The position numbers were made by a program, and so were the translations under genes. A stretch of 50,902 nt of DNA, taken from NCBI GenBank assembly GCA_019057475.1, contig DXJO01000056.1:1-50902 (forward strand), in the 5' to 3' direction. Each line of letters opens with the position of its first letter. Within the stretch, counting starts at the first letter, position 1. This stretch comes from Candidatus Thorarchaeota archaeon. Its GTDB lineage: Archaea > Asgardarchaeota > Thorarchaeia > Thorarchaeales > Thorarchaeaceae. Below are positions 48,007 to 50,902 of the stretch, piece by piece. The notes below the pieces were generated by a model. It was not told the DNA's origin and made no database searches. It saw only the letters and a program-made list of their open reading frames with translations.

Positions 48007-49089
48007 TTGAACTATCATCTTTTACTAACAAGACGCTGCAATCTAAATTGCATCTACTGCCACGGCGGTGAAGAAACAGGCCCACAAGCAGAAGTCCAGT
48101 ACTCGCTGGATGACTTGGCAGCCTTCCTAGAGCAAGACGATAACGTTCAACTCATGTTCTACGGGGGTGAGCCCACACTCAGGATACCATTGATGACAAA
48201 AGTGATGGACCGATTCCCTAATGCTCGATTTATGATGCAGACCAATGGCCTTTTGCTCAACAAAATCTCGGAGGACTATGTAGGACGAATCCACTCCGTG
48301 TTAGTATCAATCGATGGCTCCAAGGAAGTGACTGATAGCTACAGGTCCAAGGGAGTCTACGAGAGAGTTCTTAAGAACGTACGTTGGCTGCGTGACACTG
48401 GGTTTGATGGTGATATCGTGGCAAGGATGGCAGTGTCGCAAGAGAGCGACATCTATCGTGATGTACACCATCTTCTCAATCTTAAGGATCCCGGGTTTGA
48501 CCATGTTCATTGGCAGCTCAATGTGATGTGGGACGCCGAGGGAAACTGGATTGACTTTGATAGTTGGGTGAAAGAATCATACAATCCGGGGATTACTCGA
48601 CTTGTGAAAGAATGGGTTGCTGGAATGAAAAACGGAAAGGTTGCTGGAATCGTACCATTCCTCCCCGTTATGCACACGATTCTGACAGATGAGCCTTCGC
48701 TCCTTCGGTGTGGCTCTGGTCTTGATACTTTCGCGATTCACGTCGATGGCTCAATCGGTGTATGTCCGATTTCTCCTGACTGGGAATTCTCGATTGTTGG
48801 AAACATCAGGGATACGAGTCCAAGAGACCTCAAGAATGTCATGACGGTTGAAGATCCCTGCCCAACCTGTGAGGAGTACGATATCTGCGGAGGAAGATGC
48901 CTTTTTGTGAACAAGCAGCGTTTGTGGGGACAAGAGGGCTTCGACAAAGTATGTGATACAGTCAAGCACATGATATCTGCTCTGCAAGCGGAGGCATCTA
49001 CGGTCCGTCAACTCATGAAATCTGGCGTCATCTCAGTTGACAGCTTCGTCTATCCTGAATTCAACAATGGATGCGAAATAATACCTTAG
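48007..49089 (+). CDS. Radical SAM/SPASM protein, AF0577 (TIGR04084)-like
   Basis: CNLNCIYC, FYGGEP, TNG and SIDG motifs; SPASM cysteines CGSG...CP...CxxC...C...C; ends in NGCEIIP. Confidence 0.85.
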   Translation: MNYHLLLTRRCNLNCIYCHGGEETGPQAEVQYSLDDLAAFLEQDDNVQLMFYGGEPTLRIPLMTKVMDRFPNARFMMQTNGLLLNKISEDYVGRIHSVLVSIDGSKEVTDSYRSKGVYERVLKNVRWLRDTGFDGDIVARMAVSQESDIYRDVHHLLNLKDPGFDHVHWQLNVMWDAEGNWIDFDSWVKESYNPGITRLVKEWVAGMKNGKVAGIVPFLPVMHTILTDEPSLLRCGSGLDTFAIHVDGSIGVCPISPDWEFSIVGNIRDTSPRDLKNVMTVEDPCPTCEEYDICGGRCLFVNKQRLWGQEGFDKVCDTVKHMISALQAEASTVRQLMKSGVISVDSFVYPEFNNGCEIIP

Positions 49090-49586
49090 AGCGGTTCTTC
49101 TTCTTCCACTTCCTCGTTGAAATTTTTCCTCATGAGGACAATTTCTTCTCCAGATCGCTTCTGCCGGGTTGTTTCCTTGTAACCAATGCGGTCATAGAAT
49201 TTCTGTTGCTCTTCGACCCCACCATAGACCTCCAGCTCAATGCAGATTGCATCCATGCCTTCCATGAGATTCTCGGCATGCTGAACTAGCATTGTGCCGA
49301 TTCTGCGATTGCGGAAATTGGAGGATACAGCTAGTCGCTCTATGACACCAATCTGACCCCGTAGAGTGACGCGCATTGTCCCAACTACTTGGTTTCCAAC
49401 AAGAGCAACGTATTGATTGCCCATCTGAATGTGTCGAGATATCTTGCCCAAGTCCTCATTAAGGGCTGCAGGGGCCCTTGAGAGCTGCTTCTTCACAGGC
49501 TGATATGCATCATTCAGGATTTCCTTAATGAGGTCCACTTCGCTAAGTTCAGCTCGACGAATCTTAACCTCAGCATAGTTGTATAT
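49086..49586 (-). CDS. GNAT family N-acetyltransferase (start uncertain)
   Basis: RLAVSSNFRNRRIGT acetyl-CoA motif and FYDRIGY. The in-frame VKIRRAELSE lies upstream of the GTG at 49538. Confidence 0.85.
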   Translation of the reverse strand: MYNYAEVKIRRAELSEVDLIKEILNDAYQPVKKQLSRAPAALNEDLGKISRHIQMGNQYVALVGNQVVGTMRVTLRGQIGVIERLAVSSNFRNRRIGTMLVQHAENLMEGMDAICIELEVYGGVEEQQKFYDRIGYKETTRQKRSGEEIVLMRKNFNEEVEEEEPL

Positions 49587-49753
49587 TTCTGGAAGCCTCC
49601 AGTGGTTTGGTTCTCAATTCATAACGTGCACTGTCAGACATAAATGATTTGGACAGGCAGCAAGTCGGATATCCTGAGTCACTTATGACCAAGAGAGGGC
49701 AGGTATTCAACCAAATAAATCAAATACATAGGCCACCCTTTTATAAGCCAGTT

Positions 49754-49888
49754 ATGAGAAGCCACTCCATTGCTCCAATCCATGCTCAGGACAGGGATTG
49801 GGTCAAACAGATTGTCGCTGAGCAGTGGGCGTCATCCATTGTTGTCACACGGGGTCAAATTCACAGGCCAGCGAATCTCCCCGGATAA
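49754..49888 (+). pseudogene. Truncated N-terminus of a GNAT acetyltransferase
   Basis: MRSHSIAPIHAQDRDWVKQIVAEQWASSIVVTRGQIHRPANLPG ends in TAA before the acetyl-CoA motif. Confidence 0.55.
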
Positions 49889-49990
49889 CCCATTTCTTAC
49901 ATTTCATGTGAGTGATACTCAACTGCAAGAAACTCCTGTGTTCCACCCTTCCCCTGCCAGCTCCTCAAATCCATGTATTCTCTGATTCCG

Positions 49991-50902
49991 CTAACTCACT
50001 CCCCTTCGCCTTTTCAAGATGAGGATTATCACAACTGTCACTACGACACCTGAACCCGCAATGGCAATCACTAACACCAGAGGAGTGAGCTCGTCGGGTG
50101 GTGGAGAACTGCTTGTGGTTGTGGGAGTTGTTGTTGTGGTAGGTGTAGTCGTTGTGGTTGTCGTCGTAGATGTAGTTGCACCGGGGTAATCATTAGCATC
50201 AAGCGGGTCAGTCCCCGCTATCACCTCAATACCATCAAGGTAGGTGTCTCCATCCGAGTCGTCATCAAGCGGATCGGTCCCTATCTTCACTTCGAAGGCA
50301 TCGTTGAGATTGTCGCAGTCTGTGTCGATGCATTGAATGTTCGTCCCGATGGCAATCTCATCGAGGTCGTCCAGTCCGTCATAGTCAGTGTCTCCGACTG
50401 TCGCTCCAAGCATGTCCAGAATTGCACGAATCTGATCAATATCACCGATATGAGTGGCATTGATACTGCTCAGTGCTTCAGTATTCTGAGTGACAATCGC
50501 TGCGAGCAGAACGAGCTGGGCGCTGTTAGCATTGACCGCGTTCACTGTATCCACCAGCAGGGTGGCGTTACCCTCAACGAAGGTGAACAGGGTCTCTATG
50601 GCAGTGTGGTTTCCATCGAGCCACGAGATGACCTGCTGGAGCAAGGACGCGTTCGTATCCAGCTGTTGCATGACCGTCTGTAGTAGTGTAGCATTGCCAT
50701 CCGTCCACTCAATCAGGTTCTGGACCAGTGTTGCATTCGCATTTAGAGCGTTCACGGTTTGCATCAGCAGGGTGGCGTTACCCTCAACGAAGGTGAACAG
50801 TGTCTCTATGGCAGTGTGGTTTCCATCGAGCCACGAGATGACCTGCTGGAGCAAGGTCGCATTCGCATCCAGCTGTTGCATGACCGTCTGTAGTAGTGTA
50901 GC
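49991..50902 (-). CDS. Surface glycoprotein (5' end outside the window): repetitive coiled-coil stalk, Ca-binding DxDxD repeats, Thr-rich linker, C-terminal TM
   Basis: The frame is open to the window end. It has 14-aa repeats, DTDYDG/DTDCDN/DSDGDT...GTDP repeats, poly-Thr, and a TM followed by KRRR. Confidence 0.88.
   Translation of the reverse strand, partial: ATLLQTVMQQLDANATLLQQVISWLDGNHTAIETLFTFVEGNATLLMQTVNALNANATLVQNLIEWTDGNATLLQTVMQQLDTNASLLQQVISWLDGNHTAIETLFTFVEGNATLLVDTVNAVNANSAQLVLLAAIVTQNTEALSSINATHIGDIDQIRAILDMLGATVGDTDYDGLDDLDEIAIGTNIQCIDTDCDNLNDAFEVKIGTDPLDDDSDGDTYLDGIEVIAGTDPLDANDYPGATTSTTTTTTTTPTTTTTPTTTSSSPPPDELTPLVLVIAIAGSGVVVTVVIILILKRRRGVS
50555..50902. repeat. Near-identical intragenic tandem repeat with 210-bp period
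   Basis: 50555-50692 matches 50765-50902 with only a few substitutions. Confidence 0.9.

Noticed and set aside
1-50902. Selenocysteine or pyrrolysine read-through genes
   Set aside because: I saw no gene whose family sequence clearly continues past an in-frame TGA or TAG.

Overview
This is a gene-dense archaeal window with about 48 genes. It is most consistent with an Asgard archaeon, probably Thorarchaeia. That call is an inference from a type 2 IPP isomerase, an ADP-forming acyl-CoA ligase, an archaeal COG2522-type regulator, an AF0577-type radical SAM protein, glycosylated Ig-like surface proteins and WD40/helical proteins. Most of the window is housekeeping or metabolic: asnS, trmO, cobB, arcC, ridA, fni, acdA, acuC, lactate permease, a FadH-like reductase and YyaL. 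The standout locus is 20.7-28.7 kb. A three-gene operon encodes an 898-aa helical/coiled-coil protein, a divergent tubulin-superfamily GTPase whose C-terminus aligns by eye to eukaryotic tubulin helices H11-H12, and a 349-aa helical protein. It is transcribed divergently from a WD40 + MIT/TPR-like + coiled-coil gene that abuts a TPR gene, making a candidate cytoskeletal or trafficking system. Other oddities are a ~1-kb AT-rich insertion bounded by 26-bp direct repeats that carries unannotated micro-ORFs, a circularly permuted family-5 solute-binding protein, an ABC ATPase fused to an AbrB-like domain, a surface stalk protein with an N-glycosylation sequon every 14 residues, a candidate switchable RNA structure, perfect palindromic operators and two gene fragments. 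I found no rRNA, tRNA, CRISPR array or transposase. All family assignments come from motif recognition by eye; no searches were run.
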